64,000 nucleotides of DNA, from positions 32,001 to 96,000 of the forward strand of contig CAXXTB010000001.1 of the NCBI GenBank assembly GCA_963676795.2, in the 5' to 3' direction. The translations under genes were made by a program, and so were the position numbers. Below the pieces are notes generated by a model that did not search any database, was not told the origin of the DNA, and saw only the letters and a list, made by a program, of their open reading frames with translations. This document shows, in pieces, positions 38,835-48,099 of this stretch. Positions within the stretch are counted from its first letter, which is position 1. Each line of letters opens with the position of its first letter. Source of the DNA: Geopsychrobacteraceae bacterium (GTDB lineage Bacteria; Desulfobacterota; Desulfuromonadia; Desulfuromonadales; Geopsychrobacteraceae).

Positions 38835-38863
38835 TTGACAGTCCCTGAGCTTATCGCTAAGGT
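38835..38863 (+). promoter_or_regulatory. Candidate sigma-70 promoter
   Basis: TTGACA-17 nt-TAAGGT, 40 nt before ATG 38903. Confidence 0.55.
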
Positions 38864-38902
38864 CAGAACGGCTTTCGCCCCTGCAAAGACAAAGGTATTG
38901 CT

Positions 38903-40129
38903 ATGCGCAAACTTGCCAACCTGTTCTTTATTCTCTTCATCCTGATGAGCATCAGTGGCCTGCTGAGTGGACTGGTCACTCACTATGGCGGACCGGTTTT
39001 TGTCCACTCCGTGCATACGACACTTCACCTACTGACCCTGATCTCTGCCCTGATCGTCTACATCGGCTGCGCCTTCAACCGCCACCTGCCCAAAACCCTG
39101 CTGTTCCCGCTGATGCTCTGGCTGTTCTGGGGGCTGTGCGGTTTCTGGCCATTTCACGGTAGCTCACCAGCGGTTCTGACGCTGGTCACCAGCGCCGTGC
39201 AGCTGCTCTGCGGCCTGCTGATCCTGCGGATCAACAGCAGGATCAACCGGACCGGGTTGCTGCTGACATCCCGTCAGTTTGCCGGCCGCACCTTTGACGC
39301 CGGGAACCTGCTGCGCTTTATCATCGTCAATATCGTCGTCGTGCCGCTGGCCCTGGTGGTGCTGGTGTTTTTCGGCCTCGGTCAGCTGGTCGACGGTAAG
39401 AGCGGCGGGTTCGTCCAGCTGAAGGCGGACGGTCTCTACATGAAGGAAAGGACCTATCGGCAGGGGGACAAGGAGATTCGCCTGGCCGCGATGATCCACC
39501 TCGGCCAGCGCGATTACTACACCGACCTGAAAGACTCGTTACCCACTCATTCGTCGCTGCTGCTGGCCGAGGGGGTACAGGACAGTGAAAACCGGCTCAG
39601 CGGCAATTTCAGTTACGGCAAACTGGCCGGAGCGCTGGGCCTGGTCTCCCAGGAGAACCTGCGCCTGCCGGGAGAGCTCATCAGCCCTGAGCAGCTGCGC
39701 AATCCCGACGCCGGGCAACTGAATCAGCTCAACATTCTGGCCGCCGATATCGATCTCAAGGAGTTCGACCCGCGCACCATTGAAGTCCTCAACACCCTGG
39801 CCCGCGAGGTTCTGGCTTCAGACCAACCACTCAGGGGCTACACCAGGTTCAACAGCTGGGTGCAGCAGCAGATGCCTGCCGACATAGACACTATCATCAT
39901 GCATGACCTGATCGACAAGAGAAACGCCATGGTCCTCGGTTATCTCACGGAAGCCCTGGCGCATTACGATCACATCGTCATCCCCTGGGGAGCCCTGCAC
40001 ATGCCCGGCATCGAGCAGCGGATCAGACAGCTCGGCTTCGAGCTGAGCAGCGAACATGAGCGCAAGAGTATCGATTTTCTCCTGCTCCCCTATGGCCAGA
40101 TCTGGCAAAACCTGACCGGAAGCTACTGA
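38903..40129 (+). CDS. Membrane protein with C-terminal TraB/GumN (TIKI/EreA-ChaN-like) domain
   Basis: About 5 N-terminal TM segments; AMIHLG, LLAEGV, DKRN, PWGALHMPG. Confidence 0.6.
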   Translation: MRKLANLFFILFILMSISGLLSGLVTHYGGPVFVHSVHTTLHLLTLISALIVYIGCAFNRHLPKTLLFPLMLWLFWGLCGFWPFHGSSPAVLTLVTSAVQLLCGLLILRINSRINRTGLLLTSRQFAGRTFDAGNLLRFIIVNIVVVPLALVVLVFFGLGQLVDGKSGGFVQLKADGLYMKERTYRQGDKEIRLAAMIHLGQRDYYTDLKDSLPTHSSLLLAEGVQDSENRLSGNFSYGKLAGALGLVSQENLRLPGELISPEQLRNPDAGQLNQLNILAADIDLKEFDPRTIEVLNTLAREVLASDQPLRGYTRFNSWVQQQMPADIDTIIMHDLIDKRNAMVLGYLTEALAHYDHIVIPWGALHMPGIEQRIRQLGFELSSEHERKSIDFLLLPYGQIWQNLTGSY

Positions 40130-40130
40130 G

Positions 40131-41036
40131 ATGACCAGCTTCATCAGTATTTTTGTCAACGTCATTCTGCCGGTTTTCGGCGTTGTCCTCTGTGGTTATC
40201 TGGTTGGCGGCCGGCTCCAGCTGCACAGTCCGTCGCTCAGCCGGGCGGCATACTATGTCTTTGTTCCGGCCTTTGTATTTCAGGCGGTCAAGGGGTCGAA
40301 TATCCCATTTACGGCGGCCCTGCAGATGATCATATTTTTCACCCTGGCCCAGATCCTCATCACCCTGGTCACCGTGGTCATCGCCCGCCTGCTCGGCCGA
40401 AACAAAGAGATGATCGTCGCCTACATCATCGTCTCGGGGTTCATCAATGTCGGCAACTACGGCCTGGCCGTGATCCACTTCCGCCTCGGCGAAGAGGCGA
40501 TTCCGTCAGCCACGATCTACTACATCACGGTCGCCGTTGTTCAGTTTATCATCGGCGTCGGCGCCATCAGCTGGGCAAGAGGCGGAATGCGGAACATCTT
40601 TGGCGGCCTGATCAGGACCCCCGCGATTATGGCCGTTGTCCCGGCGATTCTTCTCAATCTGAGCGGTTTCGAACTGCCGCTGATGCCCAGCCGCATGATC
40701 GGGCTGCTGGCCTCAGCCATGATTCCGGTCATGCTCTTTACCCTGGGCCTGCAGCTTTTTGAACAGAAACGCTTTCAGTTCACCACAGACCTGTTTATCG
40801 CCTCGGCGATTCGCCTGCTGGTGGCACCGGCTCTGGCCTTTTTCATCGGTCGCCAGTTTTCCTTAAGCCCCACGGAACTGGCCTCCGGCGTTCTCCAGAT
40901 GGCAATGCCGACGGCGGTGATCGCCACCATGCTGGCTGCGGAAAAGAACGTCGCTCCTGCCTTCGTCAATACCGGCGTCATGTTCACCACCCTGGCCAGC
41001 CTGGTGACCCTGCCGCTGGTGATGGTGCTGCTGTAA
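40131..41036 (+). CDS. AEC (auxin efflux carrier) family transporter
   Basis: VILPVF, NVGNYGL, PVMLFTLG, MPTAV; about 10 TM segments. Confidence 0.9.
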   Translation: MTSFISIFVNVILPVFGVVLCGYLVGGRLQLHSPSLSRAAYYVFVPAFVFQAVKGSNIPFTAALQMIIFFTLAQILITLVTVVIARLLGRNKEMIVAYIIVSGFINVGNYGLAVIHFRLGEEAIPSATIYYITVAVVQFIIGVGAISWARGGMRNIFGGLIRTPAIMAVVPAILLNLSGFELPLMPSRMIGLLASAMIPVMLFTLGLQLFEQKRFQFTTDLFIASAIRLLVAPALAFFIGRQFSLSPTELASGVLQMAMPTAVIATMLAAEKNVAPAFVNTGVMFTTLASLVTLPLVMVLL

Positions 41037-41069
41037 ATAAGTCGTTATTGATCCCGCGGGTAAATATTT

Positions 41070-41152
41070 CGTCATCCCCGAATGATTGTATCGGGGATCC
41101 ATGCCTTAATTCTCCAAAAATACTGTGGATTCCCGCCTGCGCGGGAATGACG
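41070..41152. repeat. REP doublet (GTCAT-type; one arm GTCATTCCCGCGCAGGCGGGAATCCA)
   Basis: cgtcatccccg-aatgattgtat-cggggatcca ... tggattcccgc-ctgc-gcgggaatgacg, in inverted orientation between convergent genes. Confidence 0.75.
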
Positions 41153-41196
41153 CACAGGATAATTCTTTTACTGTTTAACCACCGCAGCAATAATGT

Positions 41197-43332
41197 TCAT
41201 AAATTCATGAACGGCAGACGCAGATCCTCCGCATCCTTCTGAACAGACCGGTAGTTGCCATAGCGCGGCAATGCGACAAACTGGGCAAGTGCTGAGAGCC
41301 GGGTGAAAAAGGCCTCACATTCTGGGGCGGGGATCGGCCGGCTCAGATAATATCCCTGCCCAAAACGACAGCCGTGGCTGGTCAGGAACCATTTCTGAAA
41401 TTCTGTCTCGATCCCTTCGGCAACAACATCAAGATGCAGCGTCTTGGCCAGACCGATAATCGCCTCGGCCAGCACCCCGTTCTTCCCGCCCGGCTGGATC
41501 TTGGCCAGGAACGAGCGGTCGATCTTCAGGCTGCTGATCGGGAAACGTTCCAGATAACTCAGGGATGAATAGCCCGTGCCGAAATCGTCGATCGACAGGC
41601 TGACACCGAGAGCGACCAGCTCATCCATGGTCTGAATGGCCCTGTCCATATCGTGCATGATCGCGGACTCGGTAATCTCCAGTTCCAGGAAAGCGGGATC
41701 GAGCTTCGCCTCCTCAAGGGCCGCAGCGACAATGGCGCAGAGATCCCCTTGCGAAAATTGCCGGGACGAGATATTGACCGCCACCTTGCACAGCGGGAAG
41801 CCCTGTTCGTGCCATGTCCGGGCCTGGGCGCAGGCCTTTTTCAGGACCCAGCTGCCGATCGACAGGATCAGGCTGCTCTCTTCGGCGACCGGCACAAAGC
41901 GGGCGGGAGAGACCAGCCCCTGGGTCGGATGCTGCCAGCGGATCAGGGCTTCCATTCCATAGATGGCACCGCTGTGCAGATCGAGTTGAGGCTGATAGTA
42001 GAGGATAAACTCGTCATTCTGCAGAGCCTTGCGCATATTGTTTTCGAGAAAGAGCGCCTCCTCAACCTCTTCGTTCATGCCGTTGGTAAAGAACCTGTAG
42101 GTGTTGCGGCCGGCCGCTTTGGCGCGGTACATGGCGACATCGGCGCACTTCATCAGCCCTTCCACCGTCGGCGCATCGTCCGGGAACAGGGTAATGCCGA
42201 TACTGGTCGAGATAAACAGCTCGTGCCCCTCAATCAGCAGCGGCTTGGCCAGTTCCTGCTGGACCTTTTCGGCGACCAGAGACAGCGCTCTGGGTTCCTG
42301 GATATCCTCGACGATCATGACGAACTCGTCGCCGCCCAGGCGGGCCAGGGTATCCTGGCTCCTGATTTTCTGCTGCAGCCGCCGGGTCACCTGCTTGAGG
42401 ACCAGATCACCGACATCATGCCCCAGGGTATCGTTGATGTTCTTGAAGCGGTCGAGATCGAGGAACAGCAGCCCGATCTTCTTGTCGGCCCGGCTACTGC
42501 GCGACAGCGCGGTTGAAAGACGATCGCGAAAGAGCAGCCGATTCGGCAGGCCGGTCAGAAAGTCGTGATAGGCGAGGTGATCGAGGTATTGACGCTGGGA
42601 AGACAGCTTTTCATCGCGCTGTTCGATCTGACTGAGCATGTGGTTGAAATTGTCGATCAAACTGCCCATCTCATCGGTCCTGTCGTTGGCGATCCGCCTG
42701 GAATAGTCCTGGTCACCCGAAACGGAGGTCATCGCTTCAGTCAGCTGAATGACGGGACTGGAGATAACCTTCTGCAGGCGCAAGGCGAGGATCAGGCCGA
42801 ACAGAGTAGAGCCGACCAGTCCAAACAGGCCGATCAGGGTATAGCGCAACAGGGTTCTGCGGATCGACTGCAAATCGACCTGCATGTAGAGCTGGCCGAG
42901 ATCTTCATCCTTGTATTGCAGCGGCTGCAGCAGCTCAAGGGACTCGCCAAAATGATAGCCGGTCTTGAGCAAAACCTCATTCGCCGATCTGGGATAGCTT
43001 CTTCCCCCACCGCTCTTGCTGTAATAATCGAGGGAAGCCTTCTCTTCCAGATCGATTTCAACATACAGGATCTGCTGCTTGGTAAAGGCGGTCTTGAGAA
43101 TATCCTCGACCATCAAAGTGTCCTCAAAGATCAGAGCCGCCGCAAGGCTTCCCGTCATGTTTTCGGAAATGATCCGGACCTCATCGAGCAGGGAGTTGCG
43201 CAGAATCTTGTTCTGGGTATAGATCAACATCGCCAGCAGGCAGGCCAGCGACATGATACTGACCAGGCCGATGATAGCGATGAGCTTGGCCTTCAAGGAC
43301 AGGCGTTTGCAGATCAGCCCCATGACTTTCAT
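41197..43332 (-). CDS. Membrane sensor (periplasmic domain)-HAMP-GGDEF-EAL protein (YfiN-like plus phosphodiesterase)
   Basis: Two TM segments, HAMP (DEMGSL..FNHML), HDFLTGLPNR, RSQD I-site, RLGGDEF, EAL, DDFGTGYSSL, GQGY. Confidence 0.93.
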   Translation of the reverse strand: MKVMGLICKRLSLKAKLIAIIGLVSIMSLACLLAMLIYTQNKILRNSLLDEVRIISENMTGSLAAALIFEDTLMVEDILKTAFTKQQILYVEIDLEEKASLDYYSKSGGGRSYPRSANEVLLKTGYHFGESLELLQPLQYKDEDLGQLYMQVDLQSIRRTLLRYTLIGLFGLVGSTLFGLILALRLQKVISSPVIQLTEAMTSVSGDQDYSRRIANDRTDEMGSLIDNFNHMLSQIEQRDEKLSSQRQYLDHLAYHDFLTGLPNRLLFRDRLSTALSRSSRADKKIGLLFLDLDRFKNINDTLGHDVGDLVLKQVTRRLQQKIRSQDTLARLGGDEFVMIVEDIQEPRALSLVAEKVQQELAKPLLIEGHELFISTSIGITLFPDDAPTVEGLMKCADVAMYRAKAAGRNTYRFFTNGMNEEVEEALFLENNMRKALQNDEFILYYQPQLDLHSGAIYGMEALIRWQHPTQGLVSPARFVPVAEESSLILSIGSWVLKKACAQARTWHEQGFPLCKVAVNISSRQFSQGDLCAIVAAALEEAKLDPAFLELEITESAIMHDMDRAIQTMDELVALGVSLSIDDFGTGYSSLSYLERFPISSLKIDRSFLAKIQPGGKNGVLAEAIIGLAKTLHLDVVAEGIETEFQKWFLTSHGCRFGQGYYLSRPIPAPECEAFFTRLSALAQFVALPRYGNYRSVQKDAEDLRLPFMNL

Positions 43333-44018
43333 GGTCCGCCTCCGATCAGTTTGCCATCCTTGATAACGGCATCGGAAAGCTTGGCAACCTTGGAGCTGAT
43401 GCTCAGCTGACAGCGGGTCGCCGCATCGATATTCAAGGAGAAACGGGTTTTGCCATCCACTTCAGTCAGCGAGATAACGCCCCCCTGGCGAAAGAAACCG
43501 GCAGAGTCGCTGGCCGTCAGCACCGGGTGGTTACCGATCAGGGCGATCAGCTCCGAAGCGAGATCCGACTTATCCTCTGCCAGATAGATGAACTGGTAAT
43601 CACCGATCCTGCCCCGTAACTTTTCAAGATCGCTATAACTGTCAACCTCGATCCGCCGCCCGGCATAGTCGTTGTTGACCCATTTGAACAGTTCCTTCTG
43701 CAACAGGTTTTCACCCACGACAGCAACCCGGAACGGACTTTCAGCATCGGCGAAAACATATGTCGGCCATTCTACAAACCTGGTCAGGTTGAACAGGATT
43801 GCCGATTTGACGACAGCTTCCCGGTGCACCTGCAGAGCCAGCCCCGGCGCAGAGCAGACGAACAGCATCAGCAGAACCAGAACCGGCACCCAGTACCGGG
43901 TCTTCACTGCGGCTTTTTTCACCTGCGCACGCGGCAACAGGTTATCGTCAAATCCCGTTCGAGCCATCAGGGTGCCCTCATTCACCAGAGACCGGAAGAT
44001 GCCGGTCTCGTCCACCAT
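43329..44018 (-). CDS. YfiR family periplasmic regulator
   Basis: E..VKSAILFNLTRFVEWP, PVLTASD, FSLNIDAA..QLSISSKV; start uncertain. Confidence 0.85.
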   Translation of the reverse strand: MVDETGIFRSLVNEGTLMARTGFDDNLLPRAQVKKAAVKTRYWVPVLVLLMLFVCSAPGLALQVHREAVVKSAILFNLTRFVEWPTYVFADAESPFRVAVVGENLLQKELFKWVNNDYAGRRIEVDSYSDLEKLRGRIGDYQFIYLAEDKSDLASELIALIGNHPVLTASDSAGFFRQGGVISLTEVDGKTRFSLNIDAATRCQLSISSKVAKLSDAVIKDGKLIGGGP

Positions 44019-44020
44019 CT

Positions 44021-46030
44021 TCAGTCGAAATGCCCGGTCAGCTGAACATAGATACCGCGTTCGGCTGCCGTGGAGATTGCCGTGGTCGAGGTAAATTCAT
44101 GACGTTCGTCATCAAGCAGGTTCTGACCCACAACATCCAGTTTCAGCGTATCGTTAAGAGCCCAGGAACAACGCAGGTCAAGGTTGTGATAGCCGGGGAT
44201 GTCGAGTTCGGGCAGGCTGTCGACGTAGCGCCACCAGGCATTCAGCTCAACACGGTCACTGAGCATCCAGGTAGACAGCAGCGAGGCCTGATGCCGAGGG
44301 CTCTTCCCCTCCTCGTTTTCGGCCGTAGTGTCGGAGCTTGACGAATCGGTATGCAGATCCATCTGCAGCAAGCTGTAGGAGGCCTTCAGCTGCCAATGCT
44401 CAAGAGGCTGGTAATCAACGGCAAGCTCGGCGCCGTAGGTTTCACCGTAGGCCTTGCTGGCCTTGACCCTGGTATAAACAAGATACGCACCGGAAAAACT
44501 TGGCAGCGCCTGCCACTCGTTGGTGATCAAACTGTCATAGTCGTTGTAGAACAGAGTCAGGTCGATATTGATCCGGTCATGCGGGCTGTAACGCAGTCCC
44601 GCCTCGTAGGCGGTCAACTCCTCCGATTCCACCTCGTCATCGCCACGAACCGAGACATACGTCGTTCCTGGCACGACCCAATAGTTGAGCTCAGAATCGT
44701 GATCAAGGCGTGAAGGCGTCCGCACCGCCCTGGACACCGCAAGCCAGGCGCTGGATGAGAGGGTCGGTGTCAGAACCAGTCGGGCACTCGGCTGGAACTC
44801 GACCCCGGTGTAGTCGTTATGTTCCAGCTTGGAGCCGATGATAAAGGTCAGACGATCTTCGACAAGCGTAACGTTGTCCTGAAGAAAAGCACTGAACAGC
44901 TGATCGGAACGACTTTCCGGCTCCCCGGTCACGGTAAAGCTGCTGTCGAAATCATCTCGGGTATAGCGGTAGCCCAGTCCCCAGACCAGATTGTGGGATT
45001 CGGCCATGACAAACTGGTTCTGGAAATCGATATCGAAGGTATCGCGCCTTTCGTTAAGAGCGATCTCCTTGCGATCCGTTCCGTCGTAATAGAGCTGCAG
45101 TTTTGAGTTTGCCGTCTCCGAGTGACTTTTCTGCCAGCGCAGCAGGATATTCTGGCCGGACAGCTCCGTATCACCGGCGACGTTGCTCAGGTAGGGCACA
45201 GCGAGCGAACTGATCGGCCGCACCGATCCGGACTCCCCCTGGTAGAGGTCCCCCTGCAGGGTGAGCAGGCCCTCCTGCTCATCCCCCTTCTCCAGTTTGA
45301 AACCGCCACGGATGCTGCGCCAGTCGTCGGCGGCCTGCTCGCCGGCCAGATCCGCTCCGCTGTCACGCTCAAACCCCTTGAGGTAAAAGCGGTAAAAGCC
45401 ATCCTCACCAAAGGAACCGCCGTAGCGGAGCCTGGCAAAGCCACGCTCTTCGCTCCCACCACCGGCGGCAGCCAGAAGCCCCTGGGTTTTCCGCGCCGGT
45501 TTGGTGATGACATTGATGATGCCATTGACGGCGTTCGCCCCCCACAGGGTTCCGCCCGGACCTCGGATCACCTCGATCCGCTCGACATCCTCGAGCATGA
45601 CATCCTGGACATCCCAGAACACCCCGGCAAACATCGGGGTATAGACCGTCCGCCCGTCGATCATAACCAGCATCTTGTTGGCAAAGGCTTCGTTAAAACC
45701 GCGGCAGGTGATCGCCCACTTGTTGCTGTCGATCCGCGCAACCTGCATCCCCGGAACCAGACGCAGTGCCTCCGGAATGCTGGTCACCCCCGCCCGGGCG
45801 ATATCCTGATCGGTAATAACGTAGATAGCTGCGGCCGCCTTACTGAGCTTCTGCGGCATCCTTGACGCACTGGTCACCTCGATATTGATGAGATCTTCCA
45901 GGCTGAGAGACATCAGCTCTTCACCTGTTGAGGCCCGGCAGGTGAAAGGTGCTGACAACAGCAGAAGAAAAACCGTTCCCCGGAAGAGATTCCGAACCCT
46001 GTTCCCTGAAATTGCTCTGGACACAGCCAT
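44021..46030 (-). CDS. TonB-dependent outer-membrane receptor
   Basis: LSLEDLINIEVTSAS, plug domain (LVMIDGR, IEVIRGPG..LWGANAVNGIINVITK), beta-barrel, GQNLLD, aromatic residue near the C-terminus. Confidence 0.93.
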   Translation of the reverse strand: MAVSRAISGNRVRNLFRGTVFLLLLSAPFTCRASTGEELMSLSLEDLINIEVTSASRMPQKLSKAAAAIYVITDQDIARAGVTSIPEALRLVPGMQVARIDSNKWAITCRGFNEAFANKMLVMIDGRTVYTPMFAGVFWDVQDVMLEDVERIEVIRGPGGTLWGANAVNGIINVITKPARKTQGLLAAAGGGSEERGFARLRYGGSFGEDGFYRFYLKGFERDSGADLAGEQAADDWRSIRGGFKLEKGDEQEGLLTLQGDLYQGESGSVRPISSLAVPYLSNVAGDTELSGQNILLRWQKSHSETANSKLQLYYDGTDRKEIALNERRDTFDIDFQNQFVMAESHNLVWGLGYRYTRDDFDSSFTVTGEPESRSDQLFSAFLQDNVTLVEDRLTFIIGSKLEHNDYTGVEFQPSARLVLTPTLSSSAWLAVSRAVRTPSRLDHDSELNYWVVPGTTYVSVRGDDEVESEELTAYEAGLRYSPHDRINIDLTLFYNDYDSLITNEWQALPSFSGAYLVYTRVKASKAYGETYGAELAVDYQPLEHWQLKASYSLLQMDLHTDSSSSDTTAENEEGKSPRHQASLLSTWMLSDRVELNAWWRYVDSLPELDIPGYHNLDLRCSWALNDTLKLDVVGQNLLDDERHEFTSTTAISTAAERGIYVQLTGHFD

Positions 46031-46117
46031 GTGTACCCCCACCTCAAATAAAACCTGACAGAAGGGTGAAGGAGGCAGCTACCGCCGCATTTCGGCGGTA
46101 TTTCAGGTGCCGTACCT

Positions 46118-46197
46118 CCTTCGGTAGCCCGGCCATCCGCACAGCGGACCCGTTGCTTTGCGTCATCAGGTTGCCCTGATTTTGCTCTATCGAGAGG
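46118..46197 (-). promoter_or_regulatory. GEMM-I (c-di-GMP-I family) riboswitch, A20 variant predicted to sense 3',3'-cGAMP
   Basis: Minus strand reads CUCUCGAUAGA-GC-AAA-AUCAGG(GCAA)CCUGAU-GAC-GC-AAA-GCAACGG-GUCCGC(UGU)GCGGAU-GG-CCGGGCUACCGAAGG. It has the GNRA-capped P2, GACGCAAAG junction and P3 of GEMM-I and lies in the leader of the receptor gene. Confidence 0.88.
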
Positions 46198-46296
46198 TTG
46201 CATGGAGAAAACGCATAGTGGAAGAGCTACGCTCTATAAAATCTAGCGTATGATTAGAGATTTTCAACATTCATGATAAGAATACTTTTCCTGACC

Positions 46297-46328
46297 AAAG
46301 AAAAGGCCGGAAGATCTCTCTTCCGGCC
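46297..46328 (-). terminator. Rho-independent terminator after the PG-binding protein gene
   Basis: 10-bp stem ggccggaaga-tctc-tcttccggcc followed by TTTTCTTT on the minus strand. Confidence 0.7.
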
Positions 46329-46414
46329 CTGGTTGCGAACCGAACAGGTCGGTTCAAGGATGTCAGTTTTCTGCTTCACTTTTTGGTTTCAATGAATAGC
46401 TCCCGTATCTGCGG

Positions 46415-46897
46415 TTACATATCCTGATGGCCGAAGGCGGGTGCCAGACCGAAGAATTCCTGGCTGCTGTCACTTACGGCAAGGCTCCTCAAGGTCTCCT
46501 CAGTAGGGTAGCCGGTTTTGGCAAGCCCCTGCTCTGCCTGATATGAGTAAATCGCCGATTCGGTCTGAATATCAAGAGAACCGTCAACACCACCGGCTTT
46601 ATAGCCCTGATCGATCAGCAGCTTCTGTACCGTCATGAGCTGCCCTGCATCCAGGTTGACTTCAGCTGGCATAGGCGCTTTAACTGCGCTGCCGACAAAC
46701 TGGATATCATCCGCTCCGATAAACTCCTTGAAGCTGCTGCTCAATCCAGGGTGCGCATCGACCCGTTCATCAAGTGATATGCTTGCCGAACTGCTGTTCA
46801 GGTAGGAGGTACCGTTTGGCCAGTCTTCAGCTATAACCGGACTGATAAATAGTGCGCCAACAAACATTGCTGCAAGAATCATAATTCTCGTTTTCAT
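46415..46897 (-). CDS. Secreted peptidoglycan-binding domain protein (PG_binding_1-like)
   Basis: Signal peptide; VQKLLIDQGY..GGVDG...TESAI..YQAEQGL..TGYP..ETL; GAGGAG RBS. Confidence 0.8.
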   Translation of the reverse strand: MKTRIMILAAMFVGALFISPVIAEDWPNGTSYLNSSSASISLDERVDAHPGLSSSFKEFIGADDIQFVGSAVKAPMPAEVNLDAGQLMTVQKLLIDQGYKAGGVDGSLDIQTESAIYSYQAEQGLAKTGYPTEETLRSLAVSDSSQEFFGLAPAFGHQDM

Positions 46898-47238
46898 TTG
46901 TGTTCTCCTCATAATTGTTTGCTCAGCACCGGTTCAAACCATCGGTGCTGAACCTATCCTTGAACGTACAACCTGTTTCTTAACCGTGGCGGCCTTCAAT
47001 TAATTACCGTTTCGGTTATCTATACACTAGCGCCCAGGGCATGATGACGTCAACCCGAAGAAACGCAAAAACTACCGATTTATCGATACTTTTTTTCTAG
47101 ACTCTTTATAGCTTTTATCAATAAACTGACGAATCAAGATGTCAGCCTGTTGATTTCAAAGCTAAAGATCAGTCAAAATCAATATATCCACTGGTCCTGT
47201 TTCGATGGTTATTCACGTTCCGGATTGAAAAAAACGCT

Positions 47239-48078
47239 ATGACTAGACTCACCATCAAAAAATTTGCCGGACTGTTTACTGTTGTTACTCTATGCCTGCT
47301 CCAGTTGGCCTGCAGCACTACGAACCGGACGGCAATCAACAGCCCGCAGCACGCCGACAGCGAATGGCATAACTTTCCTGCAGAACTGGGAGAAGTGATC
47401 TATTCTAGAAGAGGCGAACCTGGCCGGCATATCTTCATCATCGGTCAGAATCACCGCAGCAGCGTCAGTGGGCTTTCCAACTCAGGAACGCTCAGCTGTC
47501 AGAGCGAGATCTATCGAATCGGCGAGTGGCTCATCGCAAACCATCAGCTTGGCCTGCTGCTCCCTGAAGGTTTCTTTGCCGACAATGAGGGGTTGACAAG
47601 AACGGAAAAAGGATCGTGGGATACGCCGGCGAACAGGCTGGATGAACAGGAGTTGCAAGCACTGCTCAGCGAGACATCCCGCTTCGTCAACGCCGACCAG
47701 CTGCTCTCCAGTCATTACGGTCTCTGCCTCGGACAGGTTGAGAATGTGGATCTCTACCAGAAGATTCGGACGCTTCTGTTTCAGTACCGGGACCGGGCCG
47801 ACAGGCGCACCCTCAGGGACATTCACAGTCTGCAGCATGCCCGCACCTACCTGCTGCTGGACAATATCCCTGAAGTTGTCGAAGAAGCCTACCTGGCCGG
47901 ACTGACCCCCAACCATAGCGCCATGTTTACCATCGGGCTGGCTCACATTGAAGACATCATGGGATTGCTGCAAGACAAGAATGGTCCCAAACCGGAACTT
48001 TTCGATCAGGGTTACGGGATCACGATCATCATTCCGAAATCACAAATCAGCAACCGGTTGATCAGCCAACGACTCTAG
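47239..48078 (+). CDS. Hypothetical lipoprotein (possible EreA/ChaN-like fold)
   Basis: LQLAC lipobox; IIGQNH, LLPEG, HAR, TIGLAH. Confidence 0.6.
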   Translation: MTRLTIKKFAGLFTVVTLCLLQLACSTTNRTAINSPQHADSEWHNFPAELGEVIYSRRGEPGRHIFIIGQNHRSSVSGLSNSGTLSCQSEIYRIGEWLIANHQLGLLLPEGFFADNEGLTRTEKGSWDTPANRLDEQELQALLSETSRFVNADQLLSSHYGLCLGQVENVDLYQKIRTLLFQYRDRADRRTLRDIHSLQHARTYLLLDNIPEVVEEAYLAGLTPNHSAMFTIGLAHIEDIMGLLQDKNGPKPELFDQGYGITIIIPKSQISNRLISQRL

Positions 48079-48099
48079 GTAGCTTGAACTGAAAAGAGA

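Noticed and set aside
46923..46951. Hairpin TCAGCACCG/CGGTGCTGA upstream of the PG-binding gene as a second riboswitch
   Set aside because: A single stem with no recognisable aptamer consensus
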